Assembly (NCBI GenBank): GCA_965248695.1 | Contig: CBDFKD010000002.1 | Coordinates: 4,320,001 to 4,384,000, forward strand | Reading direction: 5' to 3' | Length of the DNA stretch: 64,000 nt | Source of the DNA: Acidobacteriota bacterium | GTDB lineage: Bacteria; Acidobacteriota; UBA890; WLXD01 | Shown here: positions 1 to 18,982 of the stretch, in pieces | How the letters are laid out: every line of letters starts with the position of its first letter | How positions within the stretch are numbered: position 1 is the first letter of the stretch | Position numbers and translations under genes: made by a program | The notes under the pieces: generated by a model | The model's database searches: none | What the model was told of the DNA's origin: nothing | The model's input: only the letters and a program-made list of their open reading frames with translations

Positions 1-1
1 T

Positions 2-379
2 GCCGTGGGACTGTGCCACGCGGCTCGCCGCGCTGCCCAGGTAACACCGGCCGTCGTACGCGCATCGGCTGGCGCCAGCGAGCACCTGCCGGTGTACCGG
101 GTTACGAATATTGCCCGCACCCTCGAGCGCCTCAAGGCGCTTGGCTACTGGGTCGTTGGGCTGGAAACCGGCAGCGCGACAGGGTGGGATCGGGTCGACT
201 ATCCGTCCGCGGTGGCGCTGGTGGTGGGTTCCGAGGACAAAGGCCTACGGCGGCTGGTGACGGACTGCTGCGATCACCTGGTGTCCCTGCCGATGCGGGG
301 GCGGGTTCAGTCACTAAACGCCAGCGCGGCGTTCGCCGCGACGATCTACGAGGTGGTTCGTAGACAGAATGCTGACTGA
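2..379 (+). CDS. rlmB: 23S rRNA (Gm2251) 2'-O-methyltransferase, TrmH/SpoU family; 5'-truncated by the window edge
   Basis: SpoU motifs RASAGASEH, LVVGSEDKGL and SLNASAA; lies just before the tRNA-tuf cluster. Confidence 0.85.
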   Translation, partial: AVGLCHAARRAAQVTPAVVRASAGASEHLPVYRVTNIARTLERLKALGYWVVGLETGSATGWDRVDYPSAVALVVGSEDKGLRRLVTDCCDHLVSLPMRGRVQSLNASAAFAATIYEVVRRQNAD

Positions 380-411
380 TCCGCAACGATGGCGAAGCCC
401 GGCCGGCCAGC

Positions 412-440
412 TTGCTGGGCTTCGGGACAGAACCTATAGT
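412..440 (+). promoter_or_regulatory. Putative sigma70 promoter for the tRNA cluster
   Basis: TTGCTG (412-417), 17-nt spacer, TATAGT (435-440), about 80 nt upstream of tRNA-Thr. Confidence 0.45.
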
Positions 441-519
441 TTTGCTGCAAAGCAGTCGCCGCCGCGCGCGTTGCCGGTACACGGCCACGCCGACAAGAGC
501 TTGTCCGGGCTGCTAGCGG

Positions 520-592
520 GCTGGCGTAGCTCAGTTGGAAGAGCAGCTGATTTGTAATCAGCAGGTCGGAGGTTCGAGTCCTCTCGCCAGCT
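520..592 (+). tRNA. tRNA-Thr(TGT)
   Basis: Acceptor GCTGGCG/CGCCAGC, anticodon arm CTGAT-TTGTAAT-CAG, T-loop GGTTCGAGTCC; CCA not encoded. Confidence 0.95.
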
Positions 593-628
593 CTAGTGTC
601 CTGTCCTCAGGACACGTGACTGCATCAG

Positions 629-711
629 GGAGAGTTGCCCGAGCGGCCAAAGGGAGCAGACTGTAAATCTGCCGGCTAATGCCTACGGAGGTTCGAATCC
701 TCCACTCTCCA
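629..711 (+). tRNA. tRNA-Tyr(GTA)
   Basis: Acceptor GGAGAGT/ACTCTCC, anticodon arm GCAGA-CTGTAAA-TCTGC, long variable arm, GGTTCGAATCC. Confidence 0.95.
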
Positions 712-792
712 CTTCGAAACATGTTTGCGAACACCGACTTTCTTGTCGGAGAACCGTTTTTTATGCGCTTGATCCGACTCCCCGCGGCCGAC

Positions 793-821
793 TTGGCGTC
801 CGTGGGGAGGGGTGATAGCAT
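793..821 (+). promoter_or_regulatory. Possible internal sigma70 promoter upstream of tRNA-Gly/tRNA-Thr/tuf
   Basis: TTGGCG, 17-nt spacer, TAGCAT with an extended TG; preceded by a hairpin plus T-run near 733-762. Confidence 0.3.
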
Positions 822-867
822 GAGCCGTTCCTCGCACAGGTGAAGTCTGTGCACACCACGGTACGAG

Positions 868-941
868 GCGGGAATAGCTCAATCTGGTAGAGCGCCAGCC
901 TTCCAAGCTGGGGGTTGCGGGTTCGAGTCCCGTTTCCCGCT
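868..941 (+). tRNA. tRNA-Gly(TCC)
   Basis: Acceptor GCGGGAA/TTCCCGC, anticodon loop CTTCCAA, GGTTCGAGTCC. Confidence 0.95.
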
Positions 942-1022
942 CTGTGCGCGGCGTCGGGGCGAATCGGCTGGCCATCCACACGGGACACACCGACGCGATA
1001 GCCACGTTTTGCTTTCGGGAGG

Positions 1023-1097
1023 GCCCACGTGGCTCAGTGGTAGAGCGCTTCCTTGGTAAGGAAGAGGTCACCGGTTCAATCCCGGTCGTGGGCTCCA
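1023..1097 (+). tRNA. tRNA-Thr(GGT)
   Basis: Acceptor GCCCACG/CGTGGGC, anticodon loop TTGGTAA, encoded CCA at 1095-1097. Confidence 0.95.
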
Positions 1098-1162
1098 TTA
1101 GTTTCATCGGAATAGATGCGGCCGTCGAACAGCGCGCCTGAACTACGTCAGAGGAGAACCTG

Positions 1163-2356
1163 ATGGCGAAGGAGAAATTCAAACGTACGAAGCCGCACGT
1201 GAACGTGGGGACGATCGGGCACGTGGACCACGGCAAGACGACGTTGACGCAGGCGATCACGCTGATTTTGTCGAAGCTTGGGCGTGCGGACTACACACCG
1301 TTCGACGCCATCGACAAGGCACCCGAAGAGCGCGAGCGCGGCATCACGATCGCCATCGCGCACGTGGAGTACGAGTCGGAGAGCCGCCACTACGCCCACG
1401 TAGACTGCCCGGGGCACGCGGACTACATCAAGAACATGATCACGGGTGCGGCGCAGATGGACGGGGCGATTCTGGTGGTGTCGGCGGCGGACGGGCCGAT
1501 GCCGCAGACGCGCGAGCACATATTGCTGGCGCGTCAGGTGGGAGTGCCGGCGATGGTGGTGTTCCTCAACAAGGTCGACATGGTGGACGACGAGGAGCTG
1601 CTGGAGCTGGTGGAGTTGGAAGTGAGGGAGCTGCTGTCGACGTACGAGTTTCCAGGCGACGATATTCCGGTGATTATGGGATCGGCGCTGCAGGCGGCAG
1701 AGTCGGGAGATCCGGAGTCGGACGCGGGCAAGCAGATTCTGGAGTTGGTGGCGGCGCTCGACAGCTACATACCGGAGCCGGTGCGAGCGCTCGACCAGGA
1801 TTTCATGATGGCGATCGAGGACGTGTTCACGATTTCCGGGCGCGGCACGGTGGTAACGGGCCGCATCGACCGAGGAGTGGTGAAGACAGGAGAAGAGGTA
1901 GAGATCGTCGGGATTCGTGACACGCAGAAGAAGGTGGTCACGGGAGTGGAGATGTTCCGGAAGATCCTCGATGAGGGGCAGGCGGGAGACAACGTGGGCG
2001 TGCTGCTGAGGGGGACGGACCGGGAAGATGTGGAGCGTGGACAGGTGCTGGCGAAGCCAGGCACGATCAAGCCGCACACGGGATTTTCGGCCGAGGTGTA
2101 CGTGTTGACCAAGGAAGAGGGCGGCCGGCACACGCCGTTTTTCAAGGGCTATCGGCCGCAGTTTTACTTTCGAACGACGGACGTGACCGGTTCGGTGGAG
2201 TTGCCCGCGGGCGTGGAGATGGTGATGCCCGGGGACAACGTGACGATCGCCGGAGATCTGATCACGCCGATTGCGATGGAAAAGGGCCTGAGGTTCGCGA
2301 TTCGCGAGGGCGGACGTACCGTGGGTGCCGGCACCATCATAGAGATCAACGACTAG
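1163..2356 (+). CDS. tuf: Elongation factor Tu (copy 1)
   Basis: [21 protein letters not shown] motifs; 397 aa. Confidence 0.99.
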   Translation: MAKEKFKRTKPHVNVGTIGHVDHGKTTLTQAITLILSKLGRADYTPFDAIDKAPEERERGITIAIAHVEYESESRHYAHVDCPGHADYIKNMITGAAQMDGAILVVSAADGPMPQTREHILLARQVGVPAMVVFLNKVDMVDDEELLELVELEVRELLSTYEFPGDDIPVIMGSALQAAESGDPESDAGKQILELVAALDSYIPEPVRALDQDFMMAIEDVFTISGRGTVVTGRIDRGVVKTGEEVEIVGIRDTQKKVVTGVEMFRKILDEGQAGDNVGVLLRGTDREDVERGQVLAKPGTIKPHTGFSAEVYVLTKEEGGRHTPFFKGYRPQFYFRTTDVTGSVELPAGVEMVMPGDNVTIAGDLITPIAMEKGLRFAIREGGRTVGAGTIIEIND

Positions 2357-2361
2357 CACGT

Positions 2362-2435
2362 AGGGCAGTAGCTCCAATTGGCAGAGCACCGGACTCCAAA
2401 TCCGGGGGTTGTGGGTTCGAATCCCTCCTGCCCTG
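2362..2435 (+). tRNA. tRNA-Trp(CCA)
   Basis: Acceptor AGGGCAG/CTGCCCT, anticodon arm CCGGA-CTCCAAA-TCCGG; canonical position before secE. Confidence 0.93.
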
Positions 2436-2472
2436 CCTCTTGATTGCGACAAGGTGGCCGAAGTAGCGGGTT

Positions 2473-2667
2473 ATGTGGAATCGCTGGAAGAGGTTTGTTC
2501 GAGAGGTCAGGGCCGAGCTCAAGAAGGTCACCTGGCCAAAGCGGAACGAGGTGTATGGCACCACCGCGGTGGTGCTCATGACCTGCATCATCTTTGGCGT
2601 GTATCTGTGGTTTGTCGACGTCGTCATGAGTCGGGTCATCACCTGGCTCTACGCGGCGTTCGGCTAG
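2473..2667 (+). CDS. secE: Preprotein translocase subunit SecE
   Basis: EVRAELKKVTWP motif plus one TM helix. Confidence 0.95.
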   Translation: MWNRWKRFVREVRAELKKVTWPKRNEVYGTTAVVLMTCIIFGVYLWFVDVVMSRVITWLYAAFG

Positions 2668-2689
2668 CGCGACCGGGATCGAGAACGAC

Positions 2690-3373
2690 GTGAGCGAGCA
2701 GGCTGACAAGAACCTGGAGGCCGCGGCACGGGCCCTGGGCCTGGAGCCCGAAATTCCCGTTGTCGAAGAGGCAGCGCCGGAGCCGGTGCCGGCTGTCGCG
2801 GAACCGTCCGCCGAAGTGGACGCCGTCGAGGCTGATCCCGGTGACGGCACGAGCTGGTACGTCGTACACACCTATTCGGGCTACGAGCGCAAGGTAAAGC
2901 AGAGTTTGGAGGAACGTGTGCGGACCCTCGGGCTGGACGAGGAAATTCGCGAGATTCTCATCCCGACCGAAGACGTCGTCGAGATGAAGTCCGGCAAGAA
3001 GGTGGTCACCTCCAAGAAGTTCTTTCCCGGATACTTGTTGGTGCGCATGCGGATGGGCGAAGAGCTCTGGCATCTGGTCAAGAACACCCCGCGTGTGACC
3101 GGGTTCGTCGGCGAGGGTCGTAACGCGATCGCGCTCACCCAGGGCGAGGTGGACAAGATCCTCAATCGCATGGAGGAGTCGGTCGAGGCTCCGAAGCCCA
3201 AGTTCCAGTTCGCCAAGGGCGAGAACGTACGCATTGTCGACGGACCGTTCACGAACTTCTCGGGCAAGGTCGAGGAGGTCGACAATCGCCGCAGCACGCT
3301 CAAGGTGATGGTATCGATCTTCGGCCGCGCTACCCCCGTCGAGTTGGACTTCTTCCAGGTCGAGAAGGCCTGA
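2690..3373 (+). CDS. nusG: Transcription termination/antitermination factor NusG with an acidic N-terminal extension
   Basis: WYVVHTYSGYE, FPGYLLV and KOW domain (DGPFTNFSG, SIFGRATPVEL). Confidence 0.97.
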   Translation: MSEQADKNLEAAARALGLEPEIPVVEEAAPEPVPAVAEPSAEVDAVEADPGDGTSWYVVHTYSGYERKVKQSLEERVRTLGLDEEIREILIPTEDVVEMKSGKKVVTSKKFFPGYLLVRMRMGEELWHLVKNTPRVTGFVGEGRNAIALTQGEVDKILNRMEESVEAPKPKFQFAKGENVRIVDGPFTNFSGKVEEVDNRRSTLKVMVSIFGRATPVELDFFQVEKA

Positions 3374-3400
3374 GCATGTTTTCGAAGCGAGTGATGACAG

Positions 3401-3844
3401 ATGGCTAAGCAAGCCAAGCCCGTAATCGGGCTCGTGAAGCTGCAGATTCCGGCGGGCAAGGCTTCGCCTGCGCCGCCCGTGGGCCCCGCACTCGGTCAGC
3501 ATGGCGTCAACATCATGGACTTCTGCAACGCGTTCAACTCGACCACCAAGGACCAGGCCGGAATGATCATTCCGGTGGTGCTCACGGTCTACGGCGATCG
3601 CACCTACTCGTTCATCACCAAGACCCCTCCGGCCGCCGTCTTGCTGAAGAAGGCCGCCAACATCGCATCCGGCTCTGGCGAACCGAACAAGGAGATCGTC
3701 GCGACGGTGACTCGCGCGCAGGTGGAGGAGATCGCGAAGCTCAAGATGCCCGACCTCAACGCGTTCGACCTCGACGCTGCGGTCAGGATCATCGCCGGGA
3801 CGGCGCGATCCATGGGCATCACCGTAGCGGGCCTCGAGGCCTAG
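3401..3844 (+). CDS. rplK: 50S ribosomal protein L11
   Basis: [20 protein letters not shown]. Confidence 0.98.
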   Translation: MAKQAKPVIGLVKLQIPAGKASPAPPVGPALGQHGVNIMDFCNAFNSTTKDQAGMIIPVVLTVYGDRTYSFITKTPPAAVLLKKAANIASGSGEPNKEIVATVTRAQVEEIAKLKMPDLNAFDLDAAVRIIAGTARSMGITVAGLEA

Positions 3845-3857
3845 GAAGCGAGATCAG

Positions 3858-4550
3858 ATGCCCAAGCATGGCAAGCAATACACCCAGGCCAAGTCGGCGG
3901 TGGATAGCCGAGACTACGGGATTGACGAGGCGGTTGCCGCGGTGAAGTCGGGGTCTTATGCGAAGTTCGACGAGACGGTCGAGGTTGCGTTGAACCTTGG
4001 CGTTGATCCGCGGCACGCCGATCAGATGGTGCGTTCGAGCGTGGTGCTGCCGCACGGCACCGGCAAGACCAAGCGCATCCTCGTGTTCGCGCAGGGCGAG
4101 AAGATCAAGGAAGCCGAGGAAGCGGGCGCCGACCACGTCGGCGGCAAGGACCTGGTCGACAAGATTACAGGCGGCTGGTTGGAGTTCGACGCGGTGATCT
4201 CGACCCCGGACATGATGCGCGAAGTCGGCAAGCTGGGTCGCGTGCTGGGTCCGCGAGGGTTGATGCCGAACCCCAAGACGGGGACGGTGACATTCGATGT
4301 AGCCAAGGCAGTGGACGAGATAAAGGGCGGCAAGCTCGATTTCCGCGTCGACAAGAACGGCGTCGTCCACGCCCCGATAGGGCGCATGTCTTTCGACAGC
4401 GCGCAGTTGATCGACAACACCCGGGCGATGTTCGAGGCGATCATGCGTGCCAGGCCGGCGGCGGCCAAAGGTACGTACGTGAAGAGCGCGTTTCTCACCT
4501 CGACGATGGGTCCGAGCGTGCGCATCGACGTTGGCGAAGTGACCCTGTAG
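3858..4550 (+). CDS. rplA: 50S ribosomal protein L1
   Basis: [22 protein letters not shown]. Confidence 0.98.
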   Translation: MPKHGKQYTQAKSAVDSRDYGIDEAVAAVKSGSYAKFDETVEVALNLGVDPRHADQMVRSSVVLPHGTGKTKRILVFAQGEKIKEAEEAGADHVGGKDLVDKITGGWLEFDAVISTPDMMREVGKLGRVLGPRGLMPNPKTGTVTFDVAKAVDEIKGGKLDFRVDKNGVVHAPIGRMSFDSAQLIDNTRAMFEAIMRARPAAAKGTYVKSAFLTSTMGPSVRIDVGEVTL

Positions 4551-4561
4551 TAGGTGATCTG

Positions 4562-5086
4562 ATGAATCGAACTCAGAAAGAGCACGAGATCGAGCTTCTC
4601 GGCGACACGATCGGGCAGGCGGCCCACGCTTTCCTGGTGGATTTCACCGGGCTCGACGTGGCGCGTTCGACCGATCTGCGCACCAAGCTCCGCGCCAGCG
4701 ACGGCAAGATGCGGATCGTCAAGAACCGGCTCGCAAAACGTGCTTTCGCCGACAAGGCGTTGGCGCAGGTGGAAGCGGCCTTCGTCGGGCAGACGGCGAT
4801 CGTCTACCCGACCGGCGAGGATGCTGTCGCTGTTGCCAAGGTGCTGCGAGATTTCACCAACGAACATGAAGTCGGCGGGGTCAAGATAGGGCTCGTCGAC
4901 GGCCAGCTGATTACCCCTGAAGAGTTTCAGAGCCTGGCGGATCTGCCATCTCGTGAAGAGCTCATCGCCAAGGTGCTGTACCTGATGCAGTACCCGATCA
5001 CGGGTCTGGCAACCGCCCTGAACAGCATCCTGCGTAACTTTGTCGTGGTACTGGATGCGGTACGACATCAACGAGACAACGAATAA
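4562..5086 (+). CDS. rplJ: 50S ribosomal protein L10
   Basis: [19 protein letters not shown]; synteny. Confidence 0.95.
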   Translation: MNRTQKEHEIELLGDTIGQAAHAFLVDFTGLDVARSTDLRTKLRASDGKMRIVKNRLAKRAFADKALAQVEAAFVGQTAIVYPTGEDAVAVAKVLRDFTNEHEVGGVKIGLVDGQLITPEEFQSLADLPSREELIAKVLYLMQYPITGLATALNSILRNFVVVLDAVRHQRDNE

Positions 5087-5129
5087 GCCGGACGCCCGCC
5101 GGGCGTAGCCGAGTAAGCCGGAGGAAACC

Positions 5130-5513
5130 GTGGCGAAGCAGCTTTCAAGCGAACAATTCATCGAGCAGATCGAGAACATGTCGGTCCTCGACCTGGCCAA
5201 CCTGGTCAAGGAGCTGGAAGAGAAGTTCGGCGTCAGCGCCCAGGCAATGGCCGCGCCGGTCATGGCCGGCGGAGCCGGTGCCGCCGAGGTGGAGGAAGAG
5301 CAGGACGCCTTCGACGTCATGTTGGTCACCTTTGGAGACAAGAAGATCAACGTGATCAAGACGGTCCGCGAGGTCACGAGCCTGGGGCTGAAGGAAGCCA
5401 AGGAACTCGTCGACAACTTGCCGCGAGCCGTGAAGGAAGGCGTCAGCAAGGAAGAGGCCGCCGAGCTGAAGGCCAAGTTCGAGGAAGCCGGCGCTCAAGT
5501 CGAGATCAAGTAG
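5130..5513 (+). CDS. rplL: 50S ribosomal protein L7/L12
   Basis: [18 protein letters not shown]; GTG start after GGAGG. Confidence 0.98.
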   Translation: MAKQLSSEQFIEQIENMSVLDLANLVKELEEKFGVSAQAMAAPVMAGGAGAAEVEEEQDAFDVMLVTFGDKKINVIKTVREVTSLGLKEAKELVDNLPRAVKEGVSKEEAAELKAKFEEAGAQVEIK

Positions 5514-5572
5514 AGCTTGCAGAGCAGAGTCGTGGTGCTCCGTTCGAGCTGTGGGGCGCCCTCCAACGTCTT

Positions 5573-5615
5573 ACCCCGTGGGCCACTTCGGTGCGCGGGG
5601 TCGGTTTCTGTTCTT
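5573..5615 (+). terminator. Terminator/attenuator-like hairpin between rplL and rpoB
   Basis: ACCCCGTG...CAC-TTCG-GTG...CGCGGGGT stem followed by T-rich GGTTTCTGTTCTT. Confidence 0.5.
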
Positions 5616-5688
5616 GCGTCCGATGAAGCACTGACGGGGAGTTACTGCCCCGAAACGGGGAGTTGCCTTCCCGAGGGAGTCCCGGTTG

Positions 5689-9804
<4,116 letters not shown>

Positions 9805-9859
9805 TGGCCGCGACGCGCAGGGATGTGACAGTTTTCTCGTCGAACAAGGTGGTGGGATC

Positions 9860-14059
<4,200 letters not shown>

Positions 14060-14085
14060 CGGGCGTTTCCTGGCCTCCGGTCGGA

Positions 14086-14113
14086 TTGACTGGCGCAAGG
14101 CGGCTGCTATACT
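14086..14113 (+). promoter_or_regulatory. Sigma70 promoter of the str/S10 operon
   Basis: TTGACT (14086-14091), 16-nt spacer, TATACT (14108-14113) with extended -10 TG. Confidence 0.7.
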
Positions 14114-14286
14114 TAGCCCCCTGCTCAGGGGCACATGGGGGCCGTGCGGGCTGACCACACGGCCTTGGTCCAATTACTGTTTTTCCGCCTAGGGCTGCTC
14201 CGGCCCCTTGGCACCCACCTGACTCGTGGTTGGGAGGGAGCTTTGCCTTCGGCGGGCAAACCCGGAAACGGTTGTAGAGGTATTTG

Positions 14287-14661
14287 TTGCCTACCGTCAA
14301 CCAGTTGGTAAGGAAGGGGCGTAAGCGGGTCACCGCCAAGACCTCGAGCCCGGCACTGCAAAGGTGTCCGCAGCGTCGAGGTGTGTGTACTCGTGTGTAT
14401 ACCACTACCCCGAAGAAGCCCAACTCGGCGTTGCGCAAAGTGGCGCGCGTGCGCTTGACGAACGGAATGGAAGTCACCTCCTATATTCCCGGCATCGGGC
14501 ATAACTTGCAGGAGCACTCCATCGTTCTGATTCGTGGCGGCCGTGTGAAGGATCTTCCTGGAGTCAGGTATCACGTCATTCGCGGCACACTCGACGCTTC
14601 TGGCGTTGATGGCCGTATGCAGGGTCGGTCTAAGTACGGAGCCAAGCGGCCCAAGTCCTGA
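14287..14661 (+). CDS. rpsL: 30S ribosomal protein S12
   Basis: [20 protein letters not shown]; TTG start. Confidence 0.99.
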   Translation: MPTVNQLVRKGRKRVTAKTSSPALQRCPQRRGVCTRVYTTTPKKPNSALRKVARVRLTNGMEVTSYIPGIGHNLQEHSIVLIRGGRVKDLPGVRYHVIRGTLDASGVDGRMQGRSKYGAKRPKS

Positions 14662-14780
14662 TCCCTGCTCGCCTTCGCCGGCGCGTTCCGCCGGCCCTTT
14701 CCTCCTCTTTCCGGCAAAAACTAGGGGATTTGTGTACAGCCGCCGACCGGCCTCGTGACCGGCGGTGGCGGAGTGAGGTT

Positions 14781-15257
14781 ATGCCGCGAAAAGACGTCAA
14801 GGTCAGGCAGCACACGGTCCCATCTGACCCGATCTACGGCAGTCGACAGCTGTCCAAGTTCATCAACCATCTGATGATGGCGGGCAAGAGGAGCCTGGCC
14901 CAGCGGTTGGTGTACGACGCTCTCGAGCGCGTCAAAGAGAAGTCGGGTGAGGACGACGCGCTGGGTGTTTTCAAGCGCGCCATGGACAACGTGCGGCCGG
15001 TGCTCGAGGTCAAGTCGCGCCGTGTGGGTGGCTCCACGTACCAGGTTCCGATTGAGGTTTACCCACGGCGGCGCACCTCGCTGGCGATGCGGTGGCTGAT
15101 CGATGCGGCGCGTTCGCGCGGTGAGCGAACGATGGCCGAGCGACTGTGTAACGAGCTGCTCGATGCCTCGAGTGGTCGGGGCTCGGCTGTAAAGAAGAGA
15201 GAAGACACACACCGGATGGCAGAGGCGAACAAGGCCTTTGCGCACTACCGCTGGTAA
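14781..15257 (+). CDS. rpsG: 30S ribosomal protein S7
   Basis: [25 protein letters not shown]; ATG after GAGG. Confidence 0.98.
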   Translation: MPRKDVKVRQHTVPSDPIYGSRQLSKFINHLMMAGKRSLAQRLVYDALERVKEKSGEDDALGVFKRAMDNVRPVLEVKSRRVGGSTYQVPIEVYPRRRTSLAMRWLIDAARSRGERTMAERLCNELLDASSGRGSAVKKREDTHRMAEANKAFAHYRW

Positions 15258-15279
15258 GGACTCGCAGGGAGCAACGACC

Positions 15280-17379
15280 GTGCCTCGTAAGGTGGCGCTC
15301 GCGTCAACACGCAACATCGGCATCATGGCGCACATCGATGCCGGTAAGACGACGACGACCGAGCGCGTTCTCTACTACACCGGGATCACCCACAAACTCG
15401 GTGAGGTCCATGAAGGGACCGCCGAGATGGACTGGATGGTTCAGGAGCAGGAGCGCGGCATCACCATCACCTCCGCGGCGACGACTTGTATCTGGAACAA
15501 CCACCGCGTCAACATCATCGACACGCCGGGCCACGTTGATTTCACTGCTGAAGTCGAACGGTCGCTGCGTGTTCTCGACGGCGCCGTTGCGGTGTTCGAT
15601 GCGGTTGGCGGTGTGGAGCCACAGAGCGAGACCGTCTGGCGCCAGGCGAACAAGTATGGCGTGCCCCGCATCGCCTTCGTCAACAAGATGGATCGCGTCG
15701 GTGCCAACTACGAGCGCTGCATGCAGATGATGGTCGACCGCTTGCACACCAAGCCGGTCCCAGTGGTGATTCCCTGGGGCGCCGAGGAGAACTTCGTCGG
15801 GGTGATCGATGTCGTGCGCGGTATCGCGCTGCGCTACAACAGCGATGACCTGGGCGCCGAGCCCATCGTCGAGGAGATTCCGGCCGAGTGCCAGGCCGAC
15901 GTCGACGCTGCGCGCGAGCGGGTTCTGGACGCGGCCAGCGAGATCGACGACGCCATCCTCGAGAAGTACGTCGGCGGGGAGGAGGCCACGGTCGAGGAGC
16001 TTATTGCCGCTTTGCGCCACGGCACGGTGACGCTGCAATTGACCCCCGTGCTGGCCGGCTCGGCGTTCAAGAACAAGGGCGTGCAGCCGTTGCTCGACGC
16101 CGTCATTGACTACCTGCCGTCGCCGGTCGACGTGCCGCCGATCCAGGGTCTCGATCCGGACAAGAAGGAAGAGACGAAGGTCGAGCGTAGGGCGGACGAT
16201 GACGAGCCGTTCTCGGCCCTGGTGTTCAAGATCATGACCGACCCGTTCGTCGGGCAGCTGGCGTTCTTCCGCGTCTACTCGGGTCAGGTCGAGTCGGGCG
16301 ATCGTGTGCTGAATTCGACCACCGGTAAGAAGGAGCGCATTGGACGCCTGCTGAAGATGCACGCCAACAAGCGCGAGGAGATCAACCGGGTACGGGCTGG
16401 CGATATCGCCGCTGCGGTAGGTCCGAAGACGGTGTCCACCGGGCACACGATCTGCGACCCGAGCCATCCGGTGCTGCTGGAGACCATGGAGTTCATGAAG
16501 CCGGTGATCGCCATGGCCATCGAGCCGAAGACGCGGGCCGACCAGGAGAAGCTCGGCGACGCGCTTGGCAAGCTGCAGCGTGAAGATCCGACGTTCAAGG
16601 TGCATCGCGACGAAGAGACCGGCCAGACGATCATCGCCGGCATGGGCGAGCTGCATCTGGAAGTTCTGGTCGACCGGATGCTGCGCGAGTTCAGCGTGCA
16701 AGCCAACGTCGGTGCGCCGCAAGTTGCCTACCGTGAGGCAATCACGCGCGCATCTAAGGGCGAAGGCCGCTTCGTGCGGCAAACCGGCGGGCGCGGCCAG
16801 TTCGGCCACGCCAAGATCGAGATCGAGCCGCTGCCGCCAGAGGAAGGTCAAAAGTTCGAGTTCGTCAACCGAATCGTCGGCGGCAAGATCCCGCGAGAGT
16901 ACATTCCGTCAGTCGAGCAAGGCATCCGCGAAGCCATGGACAACGGCCCGCTTGCCGGCTACGAGATGGAAGGCGTGCGCGCCTCCGTCGTCGACGGTTC
17001 CTTTCATGACGTCGACTCTTCCGAGATTGCGTTCAAGATTGCAGGGAGCATGGCCTTCAAGGACGCGATGAAGAACGCGGCGCCGGTGTTGATGGAGCCG
17101 ATCATGGACCTGGAGATCGTCGTGCCGGAGAAGTACATGGGCGACGTGATCTCGGACATGAACAGCCGACGTGGTCGCATCGAGAACCTCGACACGCGTG
17201 ACGGATTGAAGATCATCAACGGTCGCGTGCCCTTGTCGGCGATGTTCGGCTACGCCACCGATCTGCGATCGGTTACCCAAGGGCGCGCCAACTTCACCAT
17301 GCACTTCAAGCGCTACGAGCGAGTACCGAAGACCATTACGGATGAGATCGTCCTGCGGGTGCGGGGCAAAGCGGTCTGA
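15280..17379 (+). CDS. fusA: Elongation factor G
   Basis: [28 protein letters not shown]; GTG start. Confidence 0.99.
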   Translation: MPRKVALASTRNIGIMAHIDAGKTTTTERVLYYTGITHKLGEVHEGTAEMDWMVQEQERGITITSAATTCIWNNHRVNIIDTPGHVDFTAEVERSLRVLDGAVAVFDAVGGVEPQSETVWRQANKYGVPRIAFVNKMDRVGANYERCMQMMVDRLHTKPVPVVIPWGAEENFVGVIDVVRGIALRYNSDDLGAEPIVEEIPAECQADVDAARERVLDAASEIDDAILEKYVGGEEATVEELIAALRHGTVTLQLTPVLAGSAFKNKGVQPLLDAVIDYLPSPVDVPPIQGLDPDKKEETKVERRADDDEPFSALVFKIMTDPFVGQLAFFRVYSGQVESGDRVLNSTTGKKERIGRLLKMHANKREEINRVRAGDIAAAVGPKTVSTGHTICDPSHPVLLETMEFMKPVIAMAIEPKTRADQEKLGDALGKLQREDPTFKVHRDEETGQTIIAGMGELHLEVLVDRMLREFSVQANVGAPQVAYREAITRASKGEGRFVRQTGGRGQFGHAKIEIEPLPPEEGQKFEFVNRIVGGKIPREYIPSVEQGIREAMDNGPLAGYEMEGVRASVVDGSFHDVDSSEIAFKIAGSMAFKDAMKNAAPVLMEPIMDLEIVVPEKYMGDVISDMNSRRGRIENLDTRDGLKIINGRVPLSAMFGYATDLRSVTQGRANFTMHFKRYERVPKTITDEIVLRVRGKAV

Positions 17380-17419
17380 CACGCCGGCCGCGTAGAGAAA
17401 CTTCAGGAGACAAGCAGCG

Positions 17420-18613
17420 ATGGCGAAGGAGAAATTCAAACGTACGAAGCCGCACGTGAACGTGGGGACGATCGGGCACGTGGACCACGGCAAGACGACG
17501 TTGACGCAGGCGATCACGCTGATTTTGTCGAAGCTTGGGCGTGCGGACTACACACCGTTCGACGCCATCGACAAGGCACCCGAAGAGCGCGAGCGCGGCA
17601 TCACGATCGCCATCGCGCACGTGGAGTACGAGTCGGAGAGCCGCCACTACGCCCACGTAGACTGCCCGGGGCACGCGGACTACATCAAGAACATGATCAC
17701 GGGTGCGGCGCAGATGGACGGGGCGATTCTGGTGGTGTCGGCGGCGGACGGGCCGATGCCGCAGACGCGCGAGCACATATTGCTGGCGCGTCAGGTGGGA
17801 GTGCCGGCGATGGTGGTGTTCCTCAACAAGGTCGACATGGTGGACGACGAGGAGCTGCTGGAGCTGGTGGAGTTGGAAGTGAGGGAGCTGCTGTCGACGT
17901 ACGAGTTTCCAGGCGACGATATTCCGGTGATTATGGGATCGGCGCTGCAGGCGGCAGAGTCGGGAGATCCGGAGTCGGACGCGGGCAAGCAGATTCTGGA
18001 GTTGGTGGCGGCGCTCGACAGCTACATACCGGAGCCGGTGCGAGCGCTCGACCAGGATTTCATGATGGCGATCGAGGACGTGTTCACGATTTCCGGGCGC
18101 GGCACGGTGGTAACGGGCCGCATCGACCGAGGAGTGGTGAAGACAGGAGAAGAGGTAGAGATCGTCGGGATTCGTGACACGCAGAAGAAGGTGGTCACGG
18201 GAGTGGAGATGTTCCGGAAGATCCTCGATGAGGGGCAGGCGGGAGACAACGTGGGCGTGCTGCTGAGGGGGACGGACCGGGAAGATGTGGAGCGTGGACA
18301 GGTGCTGGCGAAGCCAGGCACGATCAAGCCGCACACGGGATTTTCGGCCGAGGTGTACGTGTTGACCAAGGAAGAGGGCGGCCGGCACACGCCGTTTTTC
18401 AAGGGCTATCGGCCGCAGTTTTACTTTCGAACGACGGACGTGACCGGTTCGGTGGAGTTGCCCGCGGGCGTGGAGATGGTGATGCCCGGGGACAACGTGA
18501 CGATCGCCGGAGATCTGATCACGCCGATTGCGATGGAAAAGGGCCTGAGGTTCGCGATTCGCGAGGGCGGACGTACCGTGGGTGCCGGCACCATCATAGA
18601 GATCAACGACTAG
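17420..18613 (+). CDS. tuf: Elongation factor Tu (copy 2)
   Basis: Translation identical to copy 1. Confidence 0.99.
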   Translation: MAKEKFKRTKPHVNVGTIGHVDHGKTTLTQAITLILSKLGRADYTPFDAIDKAPEERERGITIAIAHVEYESESRHYAHVDCPGHADYIKNMITGAAQMDGAILVVSAADGPMPQTREHILLARQVGVPAMVVFLNKVDMVDDEELLELVELEVRELLSTYEFPGDDIPVIMGSALQAAESGDPESDAGKQILELVAALDSYIPEPVRALDQDFMMAIEDVFTISGRGTVVTGRIDRGVVKTGEEVEIVGIRDTQKKVVTGVEMFRKILDEGQAGDNVGVLLRGTDREDVERGQVLAKPGTIKPHTGFSAEVYVLTKEEGGRHTPFFKGYRPQFYFRTTDVTGSVELPAGVEMVMPGDNVTIAGDLITPIAMEKGLRFAIREGGRTVGAGTIIEIND

Positions 18614-18649
18614 GATGCCGACCCCAGGCTCCCACTGAAGGTGTAAGGG

Positions 18650-18970
18650 ATGGATCAGAAGATTCGAATCCGGCTCAAGGCCTACGACTACCGAGTGCTC
18701 GACCAATCGGCGCATGAGATCGTCGACACGGCCGAGCGTACCGGGGCCGAGGTGGCCGGGCCCATCCCGCTGCCGACCGAGCGTGTCGTCTACACCGTGC
18801 TGCGATCGCCACACGTGAACAAGAAGTCTCGGGAGCAATTCGAGATCCGCACGCACAAGCGACTGGTCGACATTCTTTCAGCTACTCCGCAGACGGTAGA
18901 CGCGCTGATGAAGCTCGATCTCCCGGCCGGGGTAGACGTCGAGATCAAGGCCTTCGGGCCTGAACACTAG
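18650..18970 (+). CDS. rpsJ: 30S ribosomal protein S10
   Basis: [22 protein letters not shown]. Confidence 0.98.
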   Translation: MDQKIRIRLKAYDYRVLDQSAHEIVDTAERTGAEVAGPIPLPTERVVYTVLRSPHVNKKSREQFEIRTHKRLVDILSATPQTVDALMKLDLPAGVDVEIKAFGPEH

Positions 18971-18982
18971 ACGGCGGCAACG

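Noticed and set aside
2411-2427. T-T mismatch in the tRNA-Trp T-stem suggesting a pseudo-tRNA
   Set aside because: A single mismatch with all other arms intact and the gene in its canonical position
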